A stretch of DNA of 64,000 nt from Candidatus Poribacteria bacterium (GTDB lineage Bacteria > Poribacteria > WGA-4E > PCPOR2b), in NCBI GenBank assembly GCA_965208325.1, contig OZ242326.1, positions 2,432,001-2,496,000 on the forward strand, given 5' to 3'. Below, piece by piece: positions 1 to 9,370 of the stretch. The position numbers were made by a program, and so were the translations under genes. Position 1 is the first letter of the stretch. Each line of letters begins with the position of its first letter. The notes beneath the pieces were generated by a model. It searched no databases. It saw nothing but the letters and a program-made list of their open reading frames with translations, and was not told the DNA's origin.

Positions 1-1327
1 TTCAGTCGGCGCCGATGCCATAGCGGGATACAATGGCCCCGCACTGGTATCACAGGTGCCTGTCACTTCGGGGCAGGAGTCGATAATCGCATCGACAGAA
101 ACGCCGTTGACAGAACCAACCCTAAATGAGAGCGTGGTCACACTGACGCTTAACGGCGCTAATTACGCACGTTCTATCTTCGACATTAGAGATGCGGTGA
201 CAGTTTCCGGCATTGACGGCGTAACTATTCCTTGGCACCAACCCGATCGTGATAGCGACACCGTTATTACCGTGGAACTTGAATTCACCGGTGACTTTGA
301 TACCGATACGGCACTAACCTTCACTGTGGGAGCAGAAGCCATAGCAAGTTACGACGGTCCCGCATTCACTGCCCAAATTCCCGTCACAGCCAGCCTGGAA
401 TCGGTGGTTGCCTCTTCTGATTCCCCGTTGACAGAAGTAAGCCTTGATGAGAGCGTGGTCACACTGACGCTTAACGGCGCTAAATACGCGCGATCTAGCT
501 TTGACATTCGAGATGCGGTGACAGTCGCCGGTATTGACGGTGTGACAATTCCGTGGCACCAACCTGATCGCGAGAGCGACACCGTAATCACCGTTGAACT
601 TGAATTCAACGGCAACATTTCCACGGATGCTGCGCTCACCTTCACCGTGGGCGCGGACGCCGTTGCGAACTACGTCGGGTCAGAACTCACAGCCGAAATA
701 TACGTCACCGCAGGCCCTGAAGGAGACGCAAACCAAGATGGTGTGGTGGACCTAGCGGATTTGGTGGCGGTCGCTTCAAACTTTCAACAGACGGGACCGA
801 ACAGTGCCGATGTCAACGGAGATGGAGTAGTGGATGTTAAAGACCTGCTCCTAGTTGCGGGTGTGCTGGAGAACACACCAGCCGCGCCTGGCGCACATCC
901 ACAAACACTGACGATACTCACCGCCGCAGATGTTCAAGATTGGTTGTCACAAGCGCGGCAGTTAAACCTAACGGACGCGACGTTGCGAAGGGGTGTTCTC
1001 TTCTTGGAACAACTCCTCACGGTTTTGATTCCGAAAGAAACAGCGCTGCTGCCAAACTACCCCAATCCGTTCAACCCTGAGACGTGGATACCGTTTCGGT
1101 TAGCAAAGGGCGCTTTCGTGACGCTGACCATCTATGACCAGAGCGGTCAGATTGTCCGTTCGCTTGATATTGGGCATCGGACGGCCGGATATCATGAGAC
1201 GCGGTCAAAGGCTATCTTCTGGGATGGCACAAACGAGTTCGGCGAACGAGTGGCAAGCGGTGTGTATTTCTATCACCTGTCAGCCGGAGATTATTTCGCC
1301 GTGCGAAAGATGCTTATTTTGAAGTAA
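1..1327 (+). CDS. Large secreted protein, 3' part (starts before window): tandem ~105-aa Ig-like repeats, dockerin-like EF-hand pair, C-terminal FlgD-Ig/T9SS-type sorting domain
   Basis: Repeated LTEPTLNESVVTLTLNGA...WHQPDR units; GDANQDGVVDLADL/ADVNGDGVVDVKDL dockerin motifs; LLPNYPNPFNPETWIPF...WDGTNEFGERVASGVYFY C-terminus. Confidence 0.85.
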   Translation, partial: SVGADAIAGYNGPALVSQVPVTSGQESIIASTETPLTEPTLNESVVTLTLNGANYARSIFDIRDAVTVSGIDGVTIPWHQPDRDSDTVITVELEFTGDFDTDTALTFTVGAEAIASYDGPAFTAQIPVTASLESVVASSDSPLTEVSLDESVVTLTLNGAKYARSSFDIRDAVTVAGIDGVTIPWHQPDRESDTVITVELEFNGNISTDAALTFTVGADAVANYVGSELTAEIYVTAGPEGDANQDGVVDLADLVAVASNFQQTGPNSADVNGDGVVDVKDLLLVAGVLENTPAAPGAHPQTLTILTAADVQDWLSQARQLNLTDATLRRGVLFLEQLLTVLIPKETALLPNYPNPFNPETWIPFRLAKGAFVTLTIYDQSGQIVRSLDIGHRTAGYHETRSKAIFWDGTNEFGERVASGVYFYHLSAGDYFAVRKMLILK

Positions 1328-1356
1328 CGACTAATTCGAATAGAGCAAAATCGGCG

Positions 1357-1923
1357 TTGGTTACAAAATTTCATTTTGTACGTTTCTTAAAAATTGAAAC
1401 TAATTCTAACGTATACGGAGAACAAAAATTGTTCGCACAATTAATCCGCAGTTTGTTGTGGTTATCTAGCTTTTGTATAGTCCTCATTGTCGTAACCATC
1501 GGTTGCGGTGGCGGTGAGGATGATGATAATGAGTGGGTCGGTACATGGGAATGGGAATCCGTTGACGGTGAGAGTGTTGAACAAGCCTTTGGAGAAGAAG
1601 GGGTAGATGTTTCAATTGTTACCAATAACTGGACGTTTGATAGCAATGGAACGATGGAAGTGGAAATTGCTATGAAATTTGAAGCGAAAGAGGAGGGCTT
1701 GGAACTTTCAGGGCAAGGTTCAGTAAAAATGACTGGAACTTACACCCTATCTGGCTCTAATTATACACTTACACCTATAGAAGTCGAAGGAACCGGTATA
1801 TTTAAAGAAGAGGTAGAACCAGTCGGTGCCACGGACGAGGACGCCGGTACATGGTCGAGAAGTGTGAATACTCTCACGCTAATCAGCGAAGATGGCTTTA
1901 CCATAGTCTTTAAAAAGAAATAA
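1357..1923 (+). CDS. Lipocalin-like lipoprotein (true start probably TTG 1429)
   Basis: Hydrophobic signal ending TIGC, then WVGTWEWESVDG lipocalin-like GxW motif; GGAG upstream of 1429. Confidence 0.6.
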   Translation: MVTKFHFVRFLKIETNSNVYGEQKLFAQLIRSLLWLSSFCIVLIVVTIGCGGGEDDDNEWVGTWEWESVDGESVEQAFGEEGVDVSIVTNNWTFDSNGTMEVEIAMKFEAKEEGLELSGQGSVKMTGTYTLSGSNYTLTPIEVEGTGIFKEEVEPVGATDEDAGTWSRSVNTLTLISEDGFTIVFKKK

Positions 1924-2102
1924 AGTCCAACCCGGCTTACTCCATTAACCCATTGCAATTGATGCAAACTACACATCACGGAAGTAACCAATGAATTGCA
2001 CGGTGTTAGTGAAGTGATTCGTAAAATTAATTAGCACAATTAGGGCAAAATGACACGCCCTTTCTCTCAAATGTCAACATGGCCTAGCTATGGAGGTTAC
2101 GC

Positions 2103-2876
2103 ATGAAGCTACGTAATACAGTCTCGATTTTGATGGTTTTAATTTTTATTGTGGTCGGATGTGCCGAGGTAGATGAAGAAGATCTTGATATTTTGCGCGA
2201 AGATTTCCAATCCGAAATTAACTCTTTAAGAGACGAGCGGCCCAATCTTGCAGGCGAAATTTCCACGTTGCGTGGCGAACAGTCCGACCTGCGGAGAGAC
2301 GTTGAAGGCGCTATTTTCAAATCGCGTATGGCTATTGAAGATCAGATTTTTACGTTCAGAGATGACGTTGACAATAGGTTTACGCCCTTAGAAGAATCGT
2401 TAGGTTCCGGCGGGCCTTTCGTTTCACGTGTGCCCGACCGTGTCACCATCACGGAAATTGCGGTTACGAACGAGTATGAATTCGGTCGGCTTGAAATTGA
2501 GGTTCACATTTATGACCGCGCAGATAACTTTATTGCGTGCTCCGGTCAAATTAACGGATTAGAACATGTAGACGGGTCGGACAGGCTCTACTCCGTGGGC
2601 GCCTTTTTCAATAAGTCCGACGGCGGTTATTTAACATACGACGATCTGCAGGATAAGGTGATATATCTTGTCGTTATTGAGGATGATTCTTATCCATGCC
2701 CAACTCCAGGGGGAGATTTCTTTCCTTTTTCGGACGACTTTGTCGGTAAGACCGAAACCTTTCCGGGTCGTGACATTGCCGGGACAAAAGCCATGCAGTT
2801 TGACGATGTAACCCAGTTAACCGTCACCGTATCGCTAACATGGAAACCCATAAATGATAACGGCGCAAAATTCTAA
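2103..2876 (+). CDS. Hypothetical lipoprotein with N-terminal coiled coil
   Basis: GGAGG RBS; lipobox VVGC; heptad-like segment. Confidence 0.65.
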   Translation: MKLRNTVSILMVLIFIVVGCAEVDEEDLDILREDFQSEINSLRDERPNLAGEISTLRGEQSDLRRDVEGAIFKSRMAIEDQIFTFRDDVDNRFTPLEESLGSGGPFVSRVPDRVTITEIAVTNEYEFGRLEIEVHIYDRADNFIACSGQINGLEHVDGSDRLYSVGAFFNKSDGGYLTYDDLQDKVIYLVVIEDDSYPCPTPGGDFFPFSDDFVGKTETFPGRDIAGTKAMQFDDVTQLTVTVSLTWKPINDNGAKF

Positions 2877-3024
2877 CAATAACAAAATCTCCTCATTAGA
2901 TGCCGCAAATGTTCGAGAATGTGTCCCAGATGTTAAAATAGTCCGTCGTCTGCGTTTAATCTGCGTTACAGTAGATATTTAAGGAAATTCGGAAATTTTT
3001 TCTGAAAAATTCATTAAAAAAAAC

Positions 3025-3054
3025 TTGACAAGAATATTCACGATGAATTATACT
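3025..3054 (+). promoter_or_regulatory. Sigma70-type promoter of the iron-uptake operon
   Basis: TTGACA (3025)-N18-TATACT (3049). Confidence 0.6.
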
Positions 3055-3096
3055 ATCGCGATTTTCCGAATTGTTCGTGGTTTTGTAAGTTTATTA

Positions 3097-3117
3097 TGAT
3101 ATTGAGTCTCAGTTACA
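3097..3117. promoter_or_regulatory. Fur-like operator 1
   Basis: TGATATTGAGTCTCAGTTACA, imperfect palindrome similar to the copies at 3195 and 8796. Confidence 0.6.
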
Positions 3118-3194
3118 ATTCGGATTTTATGGTCTCAGCCAGTTTTGGCAGTTTTGGACGGAATAATTTCGTGCGTTTTTATTTTAGAATTCAT

Positions 3195-3215
3195 TGAAAT
3201 CGAGTCTCAATATCA
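3195..3215. promoter_or_regulatory. Fur-like operator 2
   Basis: TGAAATCGAGTCTCAATATCA, imperfect palindrome just upstream of the porin RBS. Confidence 0.65.
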
Positions 3216-3237
3216 ATAAATCAACAGTGAGGTAAAA

Positions 3238-4485
3238 TTGCGAGGTTTTTGTTTTGGTGTATTTCTATTCTTGATTGCCCAAGCCGCACCGGCTGATTCC
3301 GGGCGGCTGCAAATCTCCGGTTACGGGGTAATCAACTACGCGAACTTTTTTTGGGAAACAGATCCAGAGCGGCGCGCACATATTGACGTCGAACGGCTTG
3401 TCGTCGCGCCGAAGTACCAGGTCAATGACACCATCCGGCTTGAAGCGGAGCTTGAGTTTGAACACGGCGGCACCGGCATCACAATGGAGTTCGACAAATT
3501 TGAGGAGTTTGGCGAATTTGAGATGGAGGTTGAAAAAGGCGGTGAGGTCATCGTTGAGAAACTAGCGGCAGTCTTTGAGTTTCGTCCAACATTCAACCTG
3601 CGAATCGGTCACATCATCGTGCCGGTCGGCTTAACTGCCAAACGGCATCGACCGCAGCACTACTTCACGACCACCCGCCCTGAATCCGAATCAAACCTGA
3701 TCCCAACCATCTGGCATGAAAACGGAATTGAGATTTTCGGCAAATTTGGAGGTTTCAACTACCAGGCGCAGGTCGTCAACGGCTTGGACTCCACCGGATT
3801 CAGTTCACGCCAATGGATTGTCGGCGGCCATCAACTGCGGTTTGAGGCTGCAAATGCCGAGGATTTCGCGCTCGTCGGCCGTGTAGATTACACAGTCACG
3901 GACGGAGCCGTTCTCGGATTCTCCGGGTACTACGGCGACAGTGCGGACAACCGTCCGAAGCCGGACTTCCAACCGGATGCCCATGTTTCAATTGTCGACC
4001 TGCACGGCTTTTACGAGGTCGGCGCATTGAAAATTCGCGGGCTGTTCCTGTACGGAGCGCTCGAAAATTCCGAACTTGTCTCTAAAGCCAATCGAAATCT
4101 CTCAAACAACCTGAACGTAAAGCGGACGCCTGTCGGCAGCCGAGCACACGGCGGTTACGTCGAAGTGGGATACAATGTGTTAACGTTCTTCAAATCATCG
4201 TTGAACACGCAGGCGGCGCTTGACCTGTTCGTCCGTTACGACAACTATGATACAATGGCTGAGGTTAAGGGAGACATTTTCGATAATCCGCGTTGGGAAC
4301 GGAAGGCGTGGACGTTTGGCGCCAATTATCACCCGCACCCACAGCTTGTTTTTAAAGGACATTACTCCGCACGAACATTGGGCTCTACACCCGTGGAGGT
4401 GCTAGACACCATACCCATAGAGATATTTGACACCAAATTTGAGGACGAACACACTTTCGCACTCGGATTTGGGTTTCAATACTAA
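3238..4485 (+). CDS. Outer-membrane beta-barrel porin (OprO/P-like, iron-locus associated)
   Basis: Signal peptide, ELEFEHGG motif, alternating beta strands, C-terminal GFGFQY; precedes imelysin. Confidence 0.75.
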   Translation: MRGFCFGVFLFLIAQAAPADSGRLQISGYGVINYANFFWETDPERRAHIDVERLVVAPKYQVNDTIRLEAELEFEHGGTGITMEFDKFEEFGEFEMEVEKGGEVIVEKLAAVFEFRPTFNLRIGHIIVPVGLTAKRHRPQHYFTTTRPESESNLIPTIWHENGIEIFGKFGGFNYQAQVVNGLDSTGFSSRQWIVGGHQLRFEAANAEDFALVGRVDYTVTDGAVLGFSGYYGDSADNRPKPDFQPDAHVSIVDLHGFYEVGALKIRGLFLYGALENSELVSKANRNLSNNLNVKRTPVGSRAHGGYVEVGYNVLTFFKSSLNTQAALDLFVRYDNYDTMAEVKGDIFDNPRWERKAWTFGANYHPHPQLVFKGHYSARTLGSTPVEVLDTIPIEIFDTKFEDEHTFALGFGFQY

Positions 4486-4515
4486 TTCAACATTGTACCA
4501 ACAAGGAGGAATCCT

Positions 4516-5628
4516 ATGAGATTCAATCAACACTTAGAAAAATTCTGTTGCGGTACACTGTCGATGCTTCTGGTTTTATCAGTCTTTCTCATCGGCTGCG
4601 GCCTTTCGGGTTGCGGCGAGGACGAGGAAATCGATCCTGACACGGGAGCCGCATTTGATGCAACCACTATTTTGAACGACTTCGCCAACAAGGTCGTGCT
4701 TGCCACCTACACCGACTTGGACAATAAAGCGAGTGACCTATTAAACGCCGTCAACGCATTAAACGCAGCCGCCAACCAATCCCATTTGGAATTGGCGCAA
4801 ACAGCTTGGAAGGCAGCCAGGGCACCGTGGGAACAGAGCGAAGCGTTTTTGTTCGGTCCGGTTGATACACAGGGGCTCGACCCGGCGCTGGATAGCTGGC
4901 CCGTCAATAAGGTTGACCTCGACGCAGTGCTCGGCAGTGACCAAGTGTTGACTTCGGCATCCATTGACGCGCTAGAGGACACGCTGAAAGGCTTCCATAC
5001 AATTGAGTATCTGCTCTTCCGTGAAGGAGACCAGCGAAAACCTGAGGATATTACGCCTCGTGAGCTCGAATATCTAATTGCCACGACGGAGAATCTGAAA
5101 GCTAAAACTGGCCAGTTGCGCACTGCGTGGGATGCGTCGGGTGAAAACTACGCCGGTGAGGTCGCTAACGCCGGTACATCTAGCACGATTTATAAATCAC
5201 AGAAAGACGGTATGCAGGAGATGGTCAACGGTATGATCGTCATCGCCGATGAAGTCGCTAACGGTAAAATTTCCGACCCGTTCACCGAGCAGGATACATC
5301 CCTCGTCGAGTCGCAGTTCAGCTTCAACTCAATTGCCGATTTCCAAGACAATATCCGCGGTATTCAAAATGTTTACATGGGGAAATTCACCGCAGATGGC
5401 CAAGGGCTCAACGAATTTGTTAATGGAGTAGACGCCGGATTGGACGCCAGATTCCTTACCGAAGTCCAAACCGCCATTGATACCATCGGCGGGATCCCGG
5501 ACCCATTCCGCGATTCTATCACGTCCCACCGTTCTTCAGTCCAAGCGGCAATTGACGCAGTTAGTACGGTTCAGCGGACACTTGAGAACGATATCTTGAA
5601 GTTGGTGTTAGACGGTAACTTCAATTAA
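4516..5628 (+). CDS. Imelysin-family (IrpA-like) iron-regulated lipoprotein
   Basis: Lipobox LSGC; WEQSEAFLFGP, LDSWP, KGFHTIEYLLF (GxHxxE), ESQFSFNS. Confidence 0.9.
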   Translation: MRFNQHLEKFCCGTLSMLLVLSVFLIGCGLSGCGEDEEIDPDTGAAFDATTILNDFANKVVLATYTDLDNKASDLLNAVNALNAAANQSHLELAQTAWKAARAPWEQSEAFLFGPVDTQGLDPALDSWPVNKVDLDAVLGSDQVLTSASIDALEDTLKGFHTIEYLLFREGDQRKPEDITPRELEYLIATTENLKAKTGQLRTAWDASGENYAGEVANAGTSSTIYKSQKDGMQEMVNGMIVIADEVANGKISDPFTEQDTSLVESQFSFNSIADFQDNIRGIQNVYMGKFTADGQGLNEFVNGVDAGLDARFLTEVQTAIDTIGGIPDPFRDSITSHRSSVQAAIDAVSTVQRTLENDILKLVLDGNFN

Positions 5629-5632
5629 TGAG

Positions 5633-5667
5633 AGAAACCGAGTTTTTCCAAAAAAAACTCGGTTTCT
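5633..5667 (+). terminator. Hairpin (terminator or REP-like) after imelysin
   Basis: AGAAACCGAGTTTTT-CCAAA-AAAAACTCGGTTTCT; related copy near 22110. Confidence 0.5.
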
Positions 5668-5686
5668 TCGCACCAATCACTGGTTT

Positions 5687-5756
5687 GTAGGAGAGGCTTC
5701 CTAGCCTCGATTATCAATCAGTCAATTCCTCCTTGTGTAAATATGAACCCAAATGA
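5687..5756 (+). repeat. 70-bp dispersed REP-like repeat, copy 1 (copy 2 at 32490-32559)
   Basis: GTAGGAGAGGCTTCCTAGCCTCGATTATCAATC...TATGAACCCAAATGA vs GTGGGAGAGGCTTCCCAGCCTCGATAATCAATC...TATGAACCGACATGA. Confidence 0.75.
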
Positions 5757-6334
5757 ATATAACAGGGGAAAATTTGATTTCGAAAAACGACTTTCCACAC
5801 CTGTTTGGACGCACCAGTTGGGGTGCTGTCACTTGTGAGTTTGAATGCCTCAACAAGTTACCGCCGCTCAACCTAATCAGTAATGTCAACCTTGTTCCGT
5901 TCAGAGAGGATTTGTGGCTAATGCTTCGCATACAAACAGGGGAATGGGAGGTGCCGGGCGGCACATTGGAGCCGGAAGAAACCTATTCGGACGCAATTCG
6001 CCGTGAATTGATCGAAGAGGCCGGCGCGCGTCTGATAACCTACGAACCTTTCGGTGCTTGGCACTGTTTTTCGAACGCTCCAAAACCCTATCGATCGCAT
6101 CTGCCGCATCCCGAATTCTATCGGCTGGTGGGATATGGAGCGGTAGAAATCATTGGCAATCCCGTAAACACTAACGGGAGCGAACAAGTGGCAAGCGTAG
6201 AATTAGTCCCTATTGAGGAAGCTGTTCGTCGATTTCAGGACATTAATCGGTACGAGTTAGCGGAGTTATACCAGTTGGCAGCAAGAGTGCGTGAGTCCAA
6301 ACATGAAAACCGGCGAGAAAGGGCAAATCAATGA
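5753..6334 (+). CDS. NUDIX hydrolase
   Basis: Nudix box PGGTLEPEETYSDAIRRELIEEAG. Confidence 0.9.
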   Translation: MNITGENLISKNDFPHLFGRTSWGAVTCEFECLNKLPPLNLISNVNLVPFREDLWLMLRIQTGEWEVPGGTLEPEETYSDAIRRELIEEAGARLITYEPFGAWHCFSNAPKPYRSHLPHPEFYRLVGYGAVEIIGNPVNTNGSEQVASVELVPIEEAVRRFQDINRYELAELYQLAARVRESKHENRRERANQ

Positions 6335-6386
6335 AGAGATGTTTGTTCTCTTTTTTTACCGGATTAAAAATTATGAGTTTCGAATC

Positions 6387-7787
6387 ATGAAAAAAAATTA
6401 TCTTTCATACTCCCTATTCGCTGTGATACTGTTCTGTATGTTGGTTGTCGCTTGTGATTCGGACAATTTGACTAAGCCAGAAAATATGGACGTTTTGGAT
6501 AAAAGGCTTTCCGGCGGGGAAACTACGGTTTTTGACGCAACCAGCCATGCGTTTTCGACGCCCGCCCCAAATCTTTCGGAAGACGGGCTAGCAAAACACC
6601 TCGACGGTGACCTTGAATTTGAAGCCGTGTTTGTCACCGTACCGGCGGAGGTTAACCCGGGGCTGGGTCCGGTTTACAACAATATTTCATGTATCAACTG
6701 CCACGCGCGAGATGGGCGGGGACGTGCGCCGACATCCGGTGAAAAGCTTACATCGTTGCTTTTCCGTGTGAGTCTTCCAAATCAAGAGGATGACGTTACA
6801 CACGGCCCAGTGCCGGTACCCGGTTTCGGTACACAACTCAACAACCGCGCGATTTACGGCGTGCCTCCAGAGGGGACGGTTACAATCGAATACATAGAAG
6901 GTGAACTCACAACTGGTGACGGAGCGAAGGTGTATCTCCGCACGCCGAGCTACAGAATTGAAAACACATATCAACCGTTACCGGATGATGTTGAAATCTC
7001 GCCCCGCGTCGCCCCCGTTGTGTTTGGTTTAGGATTGCTTGAAGCGATACCTGAATCGACCATCCTCGCCTTGGCGGACGAAGATGATCGGGATGGTGAT
7101 GGCATTTCAGGGAAAGCGAATTACGTGTGGGATGTCCAGAAGAACGGGTTAAGCCTAGGTAGGTTCGGGTGGAAAGCAAACCAACCGACGTTGCTTCAAC
7201 AGGTCGCTTCCGCCTACCACGACGATATCGGAATTACAACTTCGCTTTTGCCGACTGAAAGTTCGGCTGGACAACCGCAATACGACGGACGGGGAGACGA
7301 CCCGGAGCTCAGCGATGAAATTATGGACCTGGTGACGTTCTATATTCAAACCCTTGCTGTGCCTGCCCGTCGCAACATTGACGACCCAGTTGTTCAGCGC
7401 GGCGAGGAACTCTTTGATAGCGCGGGCTGCACCGGATGCCATATCCCGATGTTGCAGACGGGAACATTGGCGGATGTACCGGCAGTTTCCAACCAGACGA
7501 TTTACCCGTATACCGATCTGCTGTTGCACGACATGGGTCCAGGGTTAGCAGACTACCGCCCCGATTTCCTAGCGAGCGGTTCGGAATGGCGTACACCGCC
7601 CCTGTGGGGTATCGGGCTGGTCAAAGTAGTCAACGGACACACCAACTTTCTCCACGACGGCCGCGCAAGGGGTTTGCTGGAGGCAATCCTGTGGCACGGC
7701 GGGGAAGCAGAACAATCGCGTGAGCAAGTTCAGCAGATGCCCGCAAGCGACAGAGACGCGCTCATCGCTTTTCTGGAATCGTTGTAA
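6387..7787 (+). CDS. Di-haem oxidoreductase family lipoprotein (DHOR/DUF1111)
   Basis: Two CxxCH motifs (CINCH, CTGCH); GLGPVYN, GRFGWKA, WRTPPLWGIG, LHDGRA; lipobox VVAC after ATG 6387. Confidence 0.9.
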   Translation: MKKNYLSYSLFAVILFCMLVVACDSDNLTKPENMDVLDKRLSGGETTVFDATSHAFSTPAPNLSEDGLAKHLDGDLEFEAVFVTVPAEVNPGLGPVYNNISCINCHARDGRGRAPTSGEKLTSLLFRVSLPNQEDDVTHGPVPVPGFGTQLNNRAIYGVPPEGTVTIEYIEGELTTGDGAKVYLRTPSYRIENTYQPLPDDVEISPRVAPVVFGLGLLEAIPESTILALADEDDRDGDGISGKANYVWDVQKNGLSLGRFGWKANQPTLLQQVASAYHDDIGITTSLLPTESSAGQPQYDGRGDDPELSDEIMDLVTFYIQTLAVPARRNIDDPVVQRGEELFDSAGCTGCHIPMLQTGTLADVPAVSNQTIYPYTDLLLHDMGPGLADYRPDFLASGSEWRTPPLWGIGLVKVVNGHTNFLHDGRARGLLEAILWHGGEAEQSREQVQQMPASDRDALIAFLESL

Positions 7788-7874
7788 GAATGAGGGTCTC
7801 TCATCCTTTTAGGCTTTCGACAATTAGTTTTAATCTTTATGGCGTTGATTATGTCAACAAAACTAGAGGAAAAT

Positions 7875-8294
7875 ATGACGTTGCAAGTTCAAGAGGTACC
7901 AAATAATTCGCGAACCCCTCGATTCATCATGGCAGCCAAGACAAACGATATTAGTCCGGGCGGCTGTATTGACGCGAAGCTAGAGGGGCATTGCATCGGC
8001 ATCCACAACGTCGATGGACAGTATTACGCGGTCGATAACATCTGCCCTCATGTTGGCGGGGTTTTACACTCGGGTCAGTTAAAGGACGGAGTTATCGTCT
8101 GTCCAATTCATCAATGGAGGTTTGATGTTAAGACCGGTGAGTGCATCTGGCCGGGGAAATGCGAGATTGCGACCTATCCCGTGAAGGTTGACGGCGATCA
8201 CATTTTCGTTGATATCAATTCACCGAGCCGCCCAATCCAACATAACCCCATTCGAGTCTATCATTCTAAGGCAAAACGGAGGGCAAAGCGGTGA
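7875..8294 (+). CDS. Rieske [2Fe-2S] ferredoxin (NirD-like small subunit)
   Basis: CPH...CPIH Rieske ligands; GAGGA RBS before 7875. Confidence 0.85.
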   Translation: MTLQVQEVPNNSRTPRFIMAAKTNDISPGGCIDAKLEGHCIGIHNVDGQYYAVDNICPHVGGVLHSGQLKDGVIVCPIHQWRFDVKTGECIWPGKCEIATYPVKVDGDHIFVDINSPSRPIQHNPIRVYHSKAKRRAKR

Positions 8295-8647
8295 TAACTG
8301 TCGCGAATCGAATTTTCGTTGCCCCCGAATACCGAGAAGCCTTCGAGGCGCGTTTCCGCAACCGCGCCCGCCTCGTTGACGGCATGCCCGGCTTCATCTC
8401 AAACCAAGTGTTGCGTCCGGTCAATGACGATGACCCTTACGTGGTTTTTACACTTTGGGCATCACGCAAAGATTTTGAAAACTGGGTGGAATCGGATGAA
8501 TTTCGGAAGGGTCATGCGCAATCCGGTACGTTGCCCAAAGAGGCGTTCACGCAATCGAACAAGTTAGAACTTCACGAGGTTTTTCTCGATTCCACCCGTC
8601 CCGACCTTGTGGAAGAACCGCACGGCGGTGCATTCAGCGTACACTAG
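8291..8647 (+). CDS. ABM-family monooxygenase (IsdG/HmoA-like haem-degrading)
   Basis: NRIFV...FEARFRNR...MPGF...W..SDEFRKGH; 4-nt overlap with the Rieske gene. Confidence 0.8.
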   Translation: MITVANRIFVAPEYREAFEARFRNRARLVDGMPGFISNQVLRPVNDDDPYVVFTLWASRKDFENWVESDEFRKGHAQSGTLPKEAFTQSNKLELHEVFLDSTRPDLVEEPHGGAFSVH

Positions 8648-8795
8648 AATGTGTCAAAAACAACCGACATTCAGATCTCAGATAAAGGTTGAGGAAGATG
8701 TACGACGAATTGTTTTCACACGAATCTATCAGTAAAACATATGAGCACATTTGTACCGACACGGCGCGTGTGGCTCAATAAATTACATTACTTAT

Positions 8796-8816
8796 TGATA
8801 CTGAGATTCGTTTTCA
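8796..8816. promoter_or_regulatory. Fur-like operator 3
   Basis: TGATACTGAGATTCGTTTTCA within the TTATTGA...TCAATAA inverted repeat. Confidence 0.55.
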
Positions 8817-8821
8817 ATAAA

Positions 8822-8996
8822 TGTGAAATAGAAAACAGAAAGGGTAAACAATAGGGAAAGGGACAGCTCCCAACGGCCAATTGTTAGCTAGCTCCCGTAT
8901 CCCCGTTGATTAGATGTATTGGGGTTTTTTGCGCCCAATCGGGGCGAACGTCTGCAAATCAACGATTGCGCAAACGCGCCCCAGCCCTTTCTGTAT
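8822..8996 (-). ncRNA. Candidate structured small RNA (~170 nt)
   Basis: 10-bp closing helix (8835-8844/8985-8994) around three hairpins; mismatches become G-U only on the minus strand; minus-strand TTGACA(9032-9027)-N18-TACTCT upstream; U-rich 3' end. Confidence 0.5.
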
Positions 8997-9062
8997 TTAT
9001 TAAGAGTAAGCCAAATGCTTAACGAATGTCAAGAAAATAGTGCTTCGTCGTTCAATGACGAC

Positions 9063-9081
9063 GACATTAATAACCATTATC
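9063..9081. promoter_or_regulatory. Fur box upstream of the TonB-receptor operon
   Basis: GACATTAATAACCATTATC matches GATAATGATAATCATTATC at 15/19 positions. Confidence 0.7.
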
Positions 9082-9096
9082 AGGTTGAGGATTTAA

Positions 9097-9351
9097 ATGA
9101 TGAAACTAACCCCGATTCAATTTAGCATCTTGTTGTTGGCAATTGCCGCTACGATCGGTCTGGTGTTATCTGCTTGTGAGAGTGACCCTTTGCTTGAACC
9201 GCAGTCGCAAATCCCTGAAGAGACAGGCAGCTACGGAAATACGAACCTCCCTGTACGCGGGACCGACAACTCGAACAACGCGGTCAACGCCGGTCAGAAT
9301 AAAGATATTGACGGCAATCGCTACAGAACAGTCAATCCAAAACTCTTTTGA
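9097..9351 (+). CDS. Small lipoprotein
   Basis: GAGG RBS, signal peptide, lipobox LSAC. Confidence 0.65.
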   Translation: MMKLTPIQFSILLLAIAATIGLVLSACESDPLLEPQSQIPEETGSYGNTNLPVRGTDNSNNAVNAGQNKDIDGNRYRTVNPKLF

Positions 9352-9370
9352 AAGTGTAGGGCACAAGTAC

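Noticed and set aside
9143..9370. N-terminal extension of the TonB receptor ORF
   Set aside because: Overlaps the small lipoprotein gene; the signal peptide begins at ATG 9371
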